Origin: the human T2T-CHM13v2.0 reference genome, Homo sapiens
NCBI RefSeq assembly: GCF_009914755.1
Contig: NC_060928.1
Strand: one strand, 5' to 3'
DNA: 64,000 bases
The translations under genes and the position numbers were made by a program. The notes beneath the pieces are model-generated. The model was not told where the DNA came from and made no database searches. It saw only the letters and a list, made by a program, of their open reading frames with translations. This document shows, piece after piece, positions 49,963 through 64,000 of this stretch (position 1 is the stretch's first letter; the number at the start of each line of letters is the position of its first letter).

Positions 49963-51692
49963 GTGTTTTCACTCTCTCCACCAGAAAGACAGGATCCCTC
50001 TCATTTTTTAATAATTTTCCACAGTCCTCTTGTCATCCATGGAGGTTCTCTCTTTCTCTGCAGGCCACCTATCTGTTCATGCCTCCAATCTCCTGAGCAG
50101 AATTATATAAACCGACTCAGGCCTAGGACCTGGCTCACTCACCCAGGTCCCGCTGTGTTAACAAAGTGCCTTTGCATGCAGTGGAAGCTCCTCAACCCCA
50201 AAGGCCCCACAACCACGTGACTGATCCTGTGCTGCAAAACCGACACATGAGCAAAAGCCAAGGAACAAAAACAGACCTCGTTCCAGTGCTTCAAAACTTA
50301 CGGGAAATTCAAGGTGACTTATTTTCCTTGACCTTAAAATAATGTTTAAGTTTTATAACATGGCTGATAATCATAAATGGAAAAGGGAGTTTTCTTTTCC
50401 CCTGGGGCCCTGAGCCAGCCCTCCAATTTGGGGCCAAGATTGTTGAGAAAATGTGCCACGATACTTAATTTTTGGCCAGATTCCAGAAAAAGTAGGGGAG
50501 AAAAATGAGTTTCACCATCCGTACAGCTTGGGCTGCTTTCACAGGCACCGCGCTCTTGCAAAATACAGCCTAAAATTGACTTCTGCATATTTCTCTTTGC
50601 CAAGTTGACCATTTTGTTAGTAGAACCTTTGATTCTCAGAACCTAAATCAAGTGAAAAGTCAAATATTTTTAAAAGATCAAATTATCTAAAAACTTCAGC
50701 TCTGCCTCAGTACAAAATATAAAGCTCCTGGCTTTATATACACAGATAGTGACTAATTCAGGGTGTTAACTTCTTGTACCTGAAAGAAAATGGAAGGCTT
50801 CCAAAGTACTGGGATATCACAGAAGCTGCTGAAAGAAGCAGTTTACTGAATGGTACTTCTGTGTCTTCACAGTTTTAACATGCTCAACGGTGGAAAACGA
50901 AAACTGTTTGAAGTGGCTAAAATTCAATGCTTGCTTTGTTTGTAACCAGAATAGCCAAAACTGAATATAGTTCCCCAAGATTTTTAATGTCCTGCTTACT
51001 GTATTTTTCCTTCTGCAGCCAATTAGAAATGATACTTTTAAAAAATAAAATGTTTAACTCTAGCATCAGTAACATACGTGCTTTGAATTTTTATCAGGAA
51101 TGGAAAATGGAATGCGTAGAGCTACCCACATGTTCCTTGTCTTGCAAATATTATAGCATCAAATACCACAAAAATAATGAGAAATGTCCTCAAATTTCAC
51201 AATTAATAAATAGTTCCTCTGTCCTGGTCAGAAAAGCAATGGAAGAATACCAGAGGGTACTTGGGAGCGTGCGTGTGTACACGCTCATGCGTGCGCATCT
51301 GTGGTGTGGCTGGTGGTGGGAGTGAGGGAAAGCGACAGAGTTGGGATGCAGCTAAGACTCCTGAGGTGTCCCCTAGGATGGAAATCCTCCACCTGCCCTC
51401 TACTCTGCCACCGTGTTGTGTGTTCTGGGAAGCTGACCCATTTAACAACAGGCTGTCTTGCCCACTGGCTCCCATTTTGGTTCAGCCAAATCCTTTCCCA
51501 CCATATTCCCTGGGTCCTGTCAGGTGGCTCTCTATATAGGGTCCCCTGGAAACTGCTTCCTCCCTCACCCCTCAGGCCTAGGAGTGGGAGGAGCTTGGCT
51601 ATTACTAGCCCCCGGATGCAGCCACTTCTTTGTGGCTCCTATATACCCTGTCCCCAATATTTTTTATGGCAACATTTTTAATATATGGCTTC

Positions 51693-52033
51693 CTTTTTTG
51701 TTTGTGTGTGTGTGTGTGTATGTGTGTATGTGTGTGTGTATGTGTGTGTGTCTGAAACAGTGTCTCACACTGTCACCAAAGCTGGAGTGCAGTGGCCCCA
51801 TCTCGACTCACTGTAGCCTTGACTTCCCGAGCTCAAGCAATCCCTGACCTCAGCCTCCTAAGTAGTGGAACTACAGGGCACACCACCAGGCTTGACTAAT
51901 TTTGTTTATTTTTTGTACAGACAGGAGTCTTACTAAGTTGCCCAGGCTGGTCTCAAACTCCTGGGCTCAAGCAATCCTCCTGCCTTGGCCACCCAAAGTG
52001 CAAAGATTACCAGTGTGAGCCACCACACCTGCT
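51693..52033 (-). mobile_element. AluJ whose tail has become a (TG)n microsatellite
   Basis: (TG/TGTA)n at 51703-51751 followed by a reverse Alu. Confidence 0.9.
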
Positions 52034-52599
52034 TGTTTTTAATATATGTTAATCAACAAGTACAATGACACTTGAGGACAGTACAAGTATCTTCACTGTT
52101 CTGACTGGGGTCTGTACAATAGTTTTCCTCCACAATAGAAGCTGACTTTTTTTGAAAATTTTTTATATAATTTAATGAAACAATTTGGTCTCCCTACCTT
52201 CTTCCCCTCTGTTCTTCAATCCATTCTAAACAACACTAGCAGATTAATTGTCCTGAAGCACCAAGGTAGGAGTGGCATTCCCTCCACACTAGAGTCCATT
52301 GTCTTCCCATTACCTACCATATGCCACCTGTTTTCTTATGGGACCTGGACTGATATGGATACCTGAAGCTTTGAACACTCCCCTAAGAAGATCCTGGCCT
52401 GTAATTCCTATTGTTTTGATCCTACTTTTATAACACTCTTAAAGCTAACTGTTGTGGCTGGTGAACTGAAAGGGTTTTTCTTTCTTTTAATCCACAAAAT
52501 GCCATTATCTGCAATAAACCACAAGGCAGAGGATATATCTTGTAATTTCAGTGATTTTTTTAAAAAACATTACCAGATCAAGTTAGTTCTTTGCTCAAA

Positions 52600-53108
52600 G
52601 CCTTTTCGTCTCTCCCAGAATTAAAAATGTTTTAAGTCCTTATTCTGCCCTGCCGTGCCATGCCCTCCGAATCCTGTCCCTCGCCCCACCAATATTTTTC
52701 TGTCCTCACCTCTGCCCTGGCCTCCAGAACAGCATTCCCATTCTTCAAACACGCCGCACTGGCTCCACCTGGGGGCCTATGCCCCTGCAGTTCCCTCCAC
52801 CTGGAATGCCACCTCCTGAGTCTTCATGTCACAAATTCCTACTCACCTGATTCTTGTGGCCAAAAGCCTTGGCCCAGCACCACATCTCCAGCAGCCCTCT
52901 CTTGCCCCAGCTCTCTCTCTCTCTCTCTCCCCCTTTGTCTTTTCTTCCTGGTGCTTCTTCCCCCCAGTGCTTACGATCCATCTCCTCCTATGAGAATGTA
53001 GGGTCCCCAAGGAGGGGCTTTTGTTAGGCTCACCATTCATCGTCACTGGCTGAACAGTGGCAAGCAGACAGCCGGCACTCACTAAATATTTGTTGAATAA
53101 ATGAATGA
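52600..53108. mobile_element. L2 3' fragment
   Basis: ttcttcaaacacgcc..gggcct..gc..ctgcagttccctccacctggaatgc..; ends aaatatttgttgaataaatgaatga. Confidence 0.7.
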
Positions 53109-53358
53109 TTCGGTCGGTCAGAGAGGGAAAAGAAAGAACAGCTGGTCCACTTTCTTAATGGTTGTGGCTCAATTTCCAGTGACCAAGGAGATGCTCAGTG
53201 GTTATCTTTTGCAGATTACATTGAAGGGATTCTGTTTCTATTAAAAGATGAGCTTATGGAATAACCTGCCATCCAACATGAGGATATTCCACCCTGCATG
53301 TCAAAACCAGCACACTGCACAGTAAACAATCAAAAATATGATCAAATGTAAATTCAGA

Positions 53359-53697
<339 letters not shown>

Positions 53698-53701
53698 CTA
53701 G

Positions 53702-54426
<725 letters not shown>

Positions 54427-55902
54427 TTTAAATCATTTCTCAAGCTGGCTATTTTTGTCTTGATAAAATACATTCTACCCCATGAATCTGCTGGATATTC
54501 TACAACTGATTAAACATGGAATAAATGCATTTGTTATAATTGGCTGGAAAAATAGTTTATTTGGGTAAATAAACATCACTTAATCACTCTTCTAAGACTA
54601 TCCTTCCACCCAGATTTTGGTCATCTTGTCACACAAGCTCTGTTAGCGTCTCTTTCCTCACCTAAGTACCTTCAATCTGCCATCCTAGTGAAGAAATTCC
54701 ATCGTACTCTTTCTTTCTTTTCAGAAATGGGAATTACAATGAAACTTTGGGATAGGGAGAAAAGGGTGGCTTCCCAAGCTTTGGGGCAAGGCAAATTCCA
54801 GGATAATGTTTTATGACTAAGGGTACAATGCGTTGCCTACACTTTCCTTTTAAGTACTTTCAAACACACCCTGTTGTGTGGGCCCTGGAATGAGAACTAT
54901 TTTGATTGCAGGTGCTGCTGGAATTCAGGGTCATCTGTCCCCACAAGCTACAAAATTTGCTGAAAAGGCCAGGTTGCAGGATGGCATAGCCAAAAGCATG
55001 TTATTTCATAACTTAAAGCACAAGATTTTAAATTTCACTCAATTATAATAGTCTCATTCCTCTTACATAACAGCAATATGTGAAGATATGGAATTTGAAG
55101 AAGCACTTTTCATGGTATTACTCAGAAGAGTCGGCCACACATAATGAAGAGGTGTGATTCACATCAAACACATCTATGTGGCCCTAGATACAAAATAGAG
55201 AATGAGAGTACTTCACTTTAGGTCTCCAGGTATTTTAAATATCCTGAGGTTGGGTGTCCCAGCAACCCAATCAAGAAGGAATTCAAGAAGATAGTTCTCA
55301 ACATTTATGCCTCTCATTTTCTTCAAACCTAGGATACATCGAAAAAAAACAAAATTTACTATAACCTAATTAATCACAGACTCCACTTGCCCTACCCATT
55401 TTGAAAACAGATCTATTGGAATGTGAAATGAAAACTTTTTAAGTTCTTTGGAAGACCTCTAAGTGCTCTGCTGCTTGGAAAATTTCCAAGTAAATCAAAT
55501 TCAAATAAATAGGCCAAAGGAAGCCAATGGTTTTCCAACTCCTACTGTAAGTAACATACACCCTACACATTTACTGTGAAAACCAGGGATTAAATTAAGC
55601 TTCACTTAAATTCCAAGCTGCCGGAGACAGTCTCTTGAGAAAGCAGCCTTGGCTTGAAACCCTGGCATCCCATGCACATGGTCCAATTCACACCAAAGAC
55701 AGCCGTCCACAAAGCTGTCCTGCCTCAGCAAGAATCTCATCTAGTCAGCTGAGCTTGGGACTATCCATATAAATGAAACCCGAGGACTCCAATCACAGAA
55801 AGTTGTAAGATAAGCACCTCAGCTTCGTTTCACACCTTTAATTGGAGTTTTGGAAGGAAACAAAATGCTGACAAGGTATGCAGCTTCCAACAAAAATGAT
55901 CA

Positions 55903-56215
<313 letters not shown>

Positions 56216-56391
56216 AGAAGAAAATGATCAGAAATGAATGACTAATGAACAACAGACAACAGCAGTTACCTGGCGACCCTGTGAGCATTCAAACAGAAAC
56301 ATCCATCTTGGGATACCCAGGGCACTACTGAGTCTCCCTCTTCCTGACTTGCAGGGAGACTGTGATGCTAAAATAGCCTGGGCTGCCTGCT

Positions 56392-56805
56392 TGCAGTAGT
56401 TTGATAGGACTGCCATAACAAAGTACCACGACTGGGTGGCTTAAACAATAGAAAGTTATTTTCTCACATTTCTGGAGGCTAGAAATGTGAAATCAAGGTG
56501 TCAGCAGCACTGGTTTATTCTGAGGCCTCTCTCCTTGGCTTGTAGAGAGCCGTCTTATCCCTATGTCTTCACAGTGTCCTCCCACTGAACGTGTCTGTGC
56601 CTAATTTCTTCTTCTTATAAGGCACCAATCAGACTGCACTAGGACCCTCCTTAATTTTATCTTAACTACCTCTTTAAGAGGTAAATTTATCTTACCTCTT
56701 TAAGATAATTAAATTTATCTTAACTACCTCTTTAAAGACTTTGTCTCCAAATACACTCACATTTTAACATATGAATTTTGGGGAGACACAATTCAGTCCA
56801 TAACA
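56392..56805 (-). mobile_element. MLT1A-type MaLR solo LTR
   Basis: ctgccataacaaagtaccac.actgggtggcttaaacaa..; ends gacacaattcagtccataaca. Confidence 0.85.
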
Positions 56806-57379
56806 CTGTTGGAATCACTAACATGGCAAGGTTCTATTTCCATTTATTCTTACCAGTGCCATGAGGCTAGACTCAATAAACTCACAATTCATTTCTCACT
56901 TACTTAAAGATTAGCTACCTTTCTAATATAATGAAAGGATACTACATTCTACAATGTCCCAATGACACCCTGATTTTGATTACAAAAAAAAAAAGCAACA
57001 TATCTTTTTCACTGTCTTTATGAAATACTTCATAAAGACACACACCAAACAACCATAATGAAAAGTCTTTTGGGGAAACCCAAAGATTTCTAAGCACCAG
57101 TTGCCAGTCCACATTTTATAAGCATTTGTACTGCGACAATACAACACAAGGAAAAAAAAATCAAAGCATTCACTTGATATTCCACATCAATAGAAGGCAA
57201 TTGCAAAAAAATTTCATTCTCACTCACTTCACATGTGCCTTTTCATGTAGCCATTCACTTCTTGGCATGAAAGGTTGCCTACTGCTGTGTTAATCTAGAC
57301 TACCTGCTTCCAACATCAAACTGGGTTCAGCAAATGATAACACTATCGGAGATTAAGATTTCTATTCAAAGCAGGTATG

Positions 57380-58235
57380 TACTACAGAATGGGAGAAAAT
57401 ATTCACAAACCATGCATCTGACAAAGATCTAATATCCAGAATCTAGGAGGAACTTAAACAATTCAATAAGCAAAAAAACAAATAACTCCATTAAAAAGTG
57501 GGCAAAAGGCTAGGCACGATGGGTCATGCCTGTAATCCCAGCACTTTGGGAGGCCGAGGTGGGTGGATTACCTGAGGTCAGGAGTTCGAGACCAGCCTGG
57601 CCAAAAGGCCAGGGGCGATGGCTCATGCTTGTAATCCCAGCACTTTGGGAGGCGGAGGCGGGTGGATTACCTGAGGTCAGGAGTTCGAGACCAGCCTGGC
57701 CAACTTGATGCAACCCCATCTCTACCAAAAATATAATAATTAGCCAGGTGTGGTGGCAAGCACCTGTAATCCCAGCTACCTGGGAGACTGAAGCATGAGA
57801 ATCGCTTGAACCCAGGAGGCGGAGATTGCAGTATGCCAAGATTGCACCACTGCACTCCGGCCTGGGTAACAGAGCGAGACTCCATCTCAGAAAAAAAAAG
57901 AAAAAAAGAGCAAAAGACATGAGGAGACACTTCTCAAAACAAGACATATAAGCAGCCAACAAATCTATGAAAAAATGTTCAACATCACTAATCATCAGAG
58001 AAATGCAATTCAAAACCACAATGATATACTGTCTTATACCAGCCAGAATGGTTATTATTAAAAAGTCAAAAAACAACAGATGCTGGTGAGGCTTTGGAGC
58101 AAAGGAACACTTCTATGCCATTGATGGGAATGTAAATTAGTTCAGCCACTGAGGAAAGCAGTTTGGAGACTTCTCAAAGAACTTAGGACTGCCATTCAAC
58201 CCAGCAATCCCATTGTTGGGTATATATCCAAAGCA
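57380..58235 (+). mobile_element. L1PB/L1MA ORF2 3' fragment interrupted by an Alu
   Basis: acagaatgggagaaaatatt..gcatctgacaaag..aaaagtgggcaaa|gacatga..aacatcactaatcatcagagaaatgcaa. Confidence 0.9.
57508..57907 (+). mobile_element. AluSx-like with a tandemly duplicated 5' ~97 bp
   Basis: 57508-57604 repeated at 57607-57703. Confidence 0.93.
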
Positions 58236-59479
58236 AGTATGTGACCAGGAATATCACCAGTAAAAGGTAACATTTTAAAATTTCTAAAAAATCTAACTGA
58301 TCACCAAAGCCCTGTAAAAGAATATCTAAAATAATATAATTGTAATCACTTTAATCTCATTTTAAGCCTTCTAATAACTTATGACTCCAGTTTTGTCCTC
58401 CAAATTCAACTACGTTATTCATTAATTCCACAAACAATGGCTGAGATTATACTCTGTATCAGGCAGTGTTCTAGGGGCTGGATATACAGCAGTGAACAAA
58501 CCAAACCTGTGCCCTCATGGAAGTGACATTCTGGTAAGGTACACACATCACTTCCCCTACTGTCCTACAAACACATTTCCCCTTCCAACTTTCCTGGTTG
58601 GGGCACCTGTATCTCCAGCCTCCTGGCTTCCCAAAGACAAAACTAACGGGCTATTATATATTTTTAATTTTCCTTCACATCCCTCCTGAGATCTCTGATT
58701 GGCATTTCCAGCCCCTTGCATCCTTTACCTGCCTTTCCTACTACAGACAACACTGTCAACATTTATCTACCCCTAAGCCCCAGTGACGAGCCAGAAGACT
58801 CTACTTCCTACTCCCTCCATCACACACCGTGTCTTTGACCAAATCCTATTAATCCTACCCCAGTGTCCCTCCTCTGTCTCTCCTGGCCTCTCCATTCCCA
58901 CCACAATCCTGGCCATTTTTCTTCTCCCTTAACACCACAGCCTCTCTCTAGAAGATGAAACCCATAAAGCAGGAAGAGCCATCTATTCACCTTTGAATCC
59001 CAAGCACCTAGCACTGTTCTTGACACACAACAGGAGCTCAATAAATTTGGGGAGTCAAGACTCCTGTGCAGGGTATTCAAGTCCCCTCTCAACTGGCCCC
59101 ACTTTCCATTTTCTTGCCTCATCTTCAGTCACTCTCCACCACCAACACCCTCCTGACTACACAGATGGCACATTCCTGCCTCCATGTCCCCTCTCACACT
59201 GCTCCCTCTCCCTGAAATGTCATCACCTCTCCCCTACCTGTGTGCCTTGGGAAGTCCAAATCAACAGTCTAGACTTGGCTGAAAAGGGAAGAATTACTTG
59301 CTTTTTTACTTTTGTTTGCACAGAAGTTTGGACACATTGTATTAGATCAACAGGCTTTGCTCTCCTGCTGTTGTGCCTCACTGAACCATGTGCGCTGGGG
59401 CAGGGCTTGTGTCTTTGCTTTGTTTGTTTTTAATTTTCAGTGTCTGACATGTGGTATATCTTAAGTGCCTCTTGAAAGC

Positions 59480-59965
59480 CACTTATTCATTCCTTCAACA
59501 AATATTTATCAAGTACCCAGTCCCCACCAGACACTAGTCTAGGTGACAGGGATGTATCAGTGAACAAAAACAAAAATCCCTGCCTTTTGCAATTTATATA
59601 TATAAATATATTTATATTTATATAAATTCCTCTTGGCATTTATATTCCAGTGAGAAGAGAGAGACAATAACTTAAAATGTAAGTAAAGTATGCAGGTATG
59701 TTAGAAGGGGCTAAGATCTACAGGGAAAAAAATTAAAAGGTTAAGAGGGATTTGGGGAGGAGTGACAGGAAGGTTTGCGATTTTTAAAACATCGATCAGG
59801 GTAGGTTTCACCGACAGACTAACATTTGAGTAAGAATTAAATGAGAAAGGACATTATCCAGGAGGATATCTGGGGAAGAGAACACAAGAAGAACCAGCCA
59901 ATGCAATGGCCCTGAGGCAGAAATCTGCCCACTGTGTTCAAAAGCCAGGGAGGCTGTGATGGGGC
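59480..59965. mobile_element. L2a fragment
   Basis: ttattcattccttcaacaaatatttat..cagtgaacaaaa..aaaatccctgcc..gatatctggggaagag..ggccctgaggcag. Confidence 0.75.
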
Positions 59966-60179
59966 CAGCATTCCAACATCAATCCTGCTGTAGCTATACG
60001 ATGAAAAGAGAAAATTGAGAACGAGAAGGAAAATTTCTAGAATTTCACAGTTATCTAGGAATGAGGAGAAGGGTCTAAGCTGCAGCTTGGTCATTATCAA
60101 TGAAAAGAATGGAATGTGGACATGTTTCCAAGGTCCATTCCACCAGAAAACAGTCCTGACTCGACCTTCAGCGTAGATC

Positions 60180-60400
60180 CATTGCTGCCCCTTACCCAAG
60201 CCCTCATTCATCTGGCCTGGATTATTCCAGTGACCTCCTTGCTGCTTGCCCTAATTCTATCCTTGCCCTCTACACTCTATTCTCAACAGAGGAATCCTGT
60301 TAAAACTCAAGTCACACCACAGCACTTCTGCTATCAGAACTTGCAATCAGTCTTCTCTGTCCCCACAGTAAAACATGAAGTCCTTATGATTGCCTAGAGG
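60180..60400. mobile_element. L2 fragment (opposite orientation)
   Basis: ccaagccctc..catct..cctggattatt..cctcct..tctattctcaaca..atcctgttaaaac. Confidence 0.55.
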
Positions 60401-61553
60401 GCCCCAGAGGGTGGCCCCCTCCTTTCCTTTCTAACTACATCTCATATTCTCCCCATAGCTAACTCTCCTCCAGCTCTGTGAGGAGCTCTTCAGAGCACAG
60501 ACCCACTGTGAGGCCTTCTACAGAGGCCAGTCTCCTCGAGTGCCTACCGATGCCCCAAGACCACGCCCTCCCCACTTCTGCTCCCCATCCGCCCTCCCTT
60601 CTCTCCATGGCCCTAAATGTTAAGGCCTTGTAGGACAGATCCCCTTCCTCTATGAAGCTTCCTAGGATGGTCTGACTCACACCAATTTCTACCTCCTTAG
60701 GATCCTGTGGCCTTCAGCACCCACACCATTTATCTCAGCCCTTCAACTGCTCCACATCATAAGGGCCCAACTAGACCATACGTCACCAAAGAACAAGCGC
60801 CACCCCTTATGCTTCTCAGGCCCTGAAGTACTGACAAGGAACATCACAGCAAAACATGCGAGAGTACAATGTTTTAATTTTTTAATGTGTTTCCAACACA
60901 TTAAAAGTATGGGGGCATTCACAAAGCTCTACATTTCTGCCTTCTCTTGATGTATCAGCAGATCATGCTACACTGGAGCCTCATTCCTGAACAGCAGAAG
61001 CGAGAAGCTGAGCAGTAGCTGTGCCCTTTTTCTCCACTCTATGCCCAAGTTCACTGGTTTACTTTCTGTTGGGTCCCTGTCTTGTCGGCATTTGAGTTTG
61101 CTATCTTTGTATTAGGTATTGATTACCCTGAATTTTTAAATTATCAGATTCTTTTGGGAAGTGAGTATGTACTGAAGATAATATCAGTTTTTCCTCATTT
61201 ATGATATCAACTGACAATGGTGGTGTTTTAGACTTTTCTATATTATAAATATCAATTACATACAAACACATACATATACATACATAGATATGTATTTTAG
61301 AAACTGTCCCCTTAATCTTCCTAATAGATTAAAATTCCTGTACTATGGTTCATATACCTTGAAATATAGGGGTTATGATTCCTGGCATGACTAAGTTTAA
61401 GGTCAGATATCAGTACAGAAGTTATAAAGAGAAGGAGATACGGCAAAAATAAACATTACTGAGTCGGATGAGGTATTTAACAAACCATTTTAGGAAAATA
61501 CGTTTCTAAAATTCTTATGAAATTAGAAAAATAACACTGTTTACTGATTTTTA

Positions 61554-61892
<339 letters not shown>

Positions 61893-63783
61893 AAACTTCA
61901 AGTATTCCATATGAAATATGGATAAAGGTTAGCACAATGCCTTTCTTCTCCAGACTACCATTATCTACATTGTAAAAAAAAATTTCCATCTTCGTATCTA
62001 TTACTACATTTCAGCACTCAAACTAAGCCAAAGGAGGTAAATCACGTCATAGAAAAATGAACACAACAGTTTCCAGACAAGCCTATCAAGAGTTGAAGAG
62101 TTAAGCAGCTATTGCTACCAGAAGAGTTTAGAGGAATCATCTCCTTTGACCTGTGACCTTTGTCTAAGGGTTTTAATTAAGAGAAAAGCAAAATCTGGAC
62201 ACAGAAGTCAAAAGATATTTAAAAAGTCACCCTGGCTTTATCTGTGCATCAGTCATTACTTCAAGTCCAAACAGGCAGGCCTTTCTTAGCAAACAGCTTT
62301 CCTGATTAGCAATCAGATTCTGGAGGCTTCCATGGCCACCTCCAGCCCTGCAGTCTGAAAAGCAAATACAATTCAGTCCAAAGCTCCTTTGAAAGCAAAC
62401 AAACTAAGCATAAAGGTACACCTTCAAACACACTTCAGCAAGATTGAATTCATTGTCCTTCAAATTACATTTAGGAAATATCTTTTTCCTTTCTATTTTT
62501 CAACTCAATGTTTTAATTAATAAGCTTTCCTGAGAACATTTGCTATCTATATGCTTTACCACTCTCCCCACAAAAATTGCTTACTTCCTCTGAACTCCCA
62601 GAGGACAAGAAAAACTGACAAATGAACATTAGAAAAAAATTGCAATATTTTTAAAAAACACTTAGTAAGGTTTTATAAAATACATTAAAACTAAAGCAAA
62701 ATGATACATAATCATACTGCTCAGCTATCCCGATTTTTTTTTAAAGGAAAGAAAAATAAGTGAACATAGTTAGAAAATTCAAATACAGAAAAGGAAGAAA
62801 AAGTTTTCCAGTTTATTAACAGTTGTACTGTACATCTTTTTCAGGGAAAAAATGCATACACCAGCATATATACCTTTTTTAAAAAAATTATACAAAAGGG
62901 AATGGTAATCACATTGATTCCACAAGGCATTTTTTTCATTTTTTATATATATGTACACGTAAGTGTGTATATATATCTTATAAATCTTTCCAAAGGAGCA
63001 CATATACAGAACTACTTCATTCTTTACAAATATGCTACAATATATCATATAAATATCTTGGCATAGTTTTAAGTGAACATATTTATGAAATTGCTGGTGA
63101 TTTTAAGTTCTGAAATACATCACCAAATTGCTTTTGAATTGTGTCTATTTCAGAAGATAATTTAATCTCAAACAGAAGTCCCTTTTTTGCACGTGCTGGA
63201 GGTATCACAACTGACCTGCTGTGCCTCAAACTGCATCTCAGAACTGCTAGACAATCAACCCCTAGCAGACCAAGTCAAGCTCTTCTAGACAACACAGACT
63301 CCGTGAATCAAACCAGAAATGTCTCTAAAAAGCTGGAGGCTGGCAATCACAGCTTTGGAAAGGGTTCTGTATAGCTTAACCTTTCCGTTTATTAGTTTCT
63401 GTACTTTGTGTCTAAGAGGCAGACACAGCGACAGGAAAAGGAAGAAAGGGATTAACATCTACTAGGTACTTAACTAAGAATGCTACCAGGTGAGAATACT
63501 AGAAAAGCAACAGATTGACCAGAGTCTCAAACCATCATAGAGGTAAACACCTTGGTCCCTCTCTCCCCACTGAAAAATTCTAGGCAGCTCCCAAACAAGG
63601 AGTGCAGAGTAAGGGGGAGGGGAAGCCAGGAATGTCCAAGGCTTATCTTCTTCCTTCCTTCTCTAAGCAGCTGCTTAGGAGTATCTGATTCCCCCAGCCA
63701 CCAAAATACCTCTCAGTAATTCACAGCAAGTTCATGGAGTAGATGGCTGGGCCACATACCTAGCTATAAAACCTAGGACACAC

Positions 63784-64000
63784 TTTCCTTTTTTCTTTTT
63801 TTTTAGACAGTCTTGCTCTGTCACCCAGGCTGGAATACAGTGGCTCCATCATTGTTCACTAAAACCTTGACCTCCTGGGCTCAAGTGGTCCACCCACCTC
63901 TGCCTCTTGAGTAGCTAGGTTTATAGGCATGTGCCACCATACCTGGCTAATTTTTTTTTAAGTTAATTAATTTTTTGTAGAGATAGGTTGTCCTATGTTA
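63784..64000 (-). mobile_element. AluJ (cut by window end)
   Basis: Reverse right arm and linker. Confidence 0.9.

Noticed and set aside
50291-50797. Minus-strand acceptor (ttttctttcag, about 50780) and donor (gtaagt, about 50299)
   Set aside because: Would define a ~480-nt exon without a clear open frame; isolated splice-like motifs are common in introns
51266-51300. Alternating purine-pyrimidine, CpG-containing patch (Z-DNA or NRF1-like)
   Set aside because: Short and imperfect, not within a CpG island; insufficient evidence

Overview
Human genomic DNA: a human-specific AluYb8 lies at 30993-31309. The window is AT-rich and repeat-dense, with no CpG island and no long coding exon. It most likely lies in large intron(s) of a minus-strand gene, because nearly all L1 pieces are on + and the best splice-signal candidates are on -. 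I could not identify the host gene. It holds about 40 Alu elements, several L1/HAL1/L2/MIR fragments, MLT1 and LTR33-like solo LTRs, and hAT/Tc-mariner DNA-transposon relics. Apart from L1 ORF2 and HAL1 ORF1 remnants, the ORF track is Alu-derived or random. Highlights: (1) a candidate 12-nt neural-type microexon on - (35837-35848) with branch point, UGC and RBFOX motifs; (2) a candidate short coding first exon on - (MGLNMCSK, 27092-27117); (3) two U6/L1 chimeric retrocopies, one inserted with a TSD into the middle A-linker of an Alu; (4) a ~390-bp inverted duplication with a templated junction; (5) several local templated-insertion or fold-back scars. There is no CRISPR or prokaryotic system. 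Repeat subfamily calls and many boundaries are by eye and approximate.
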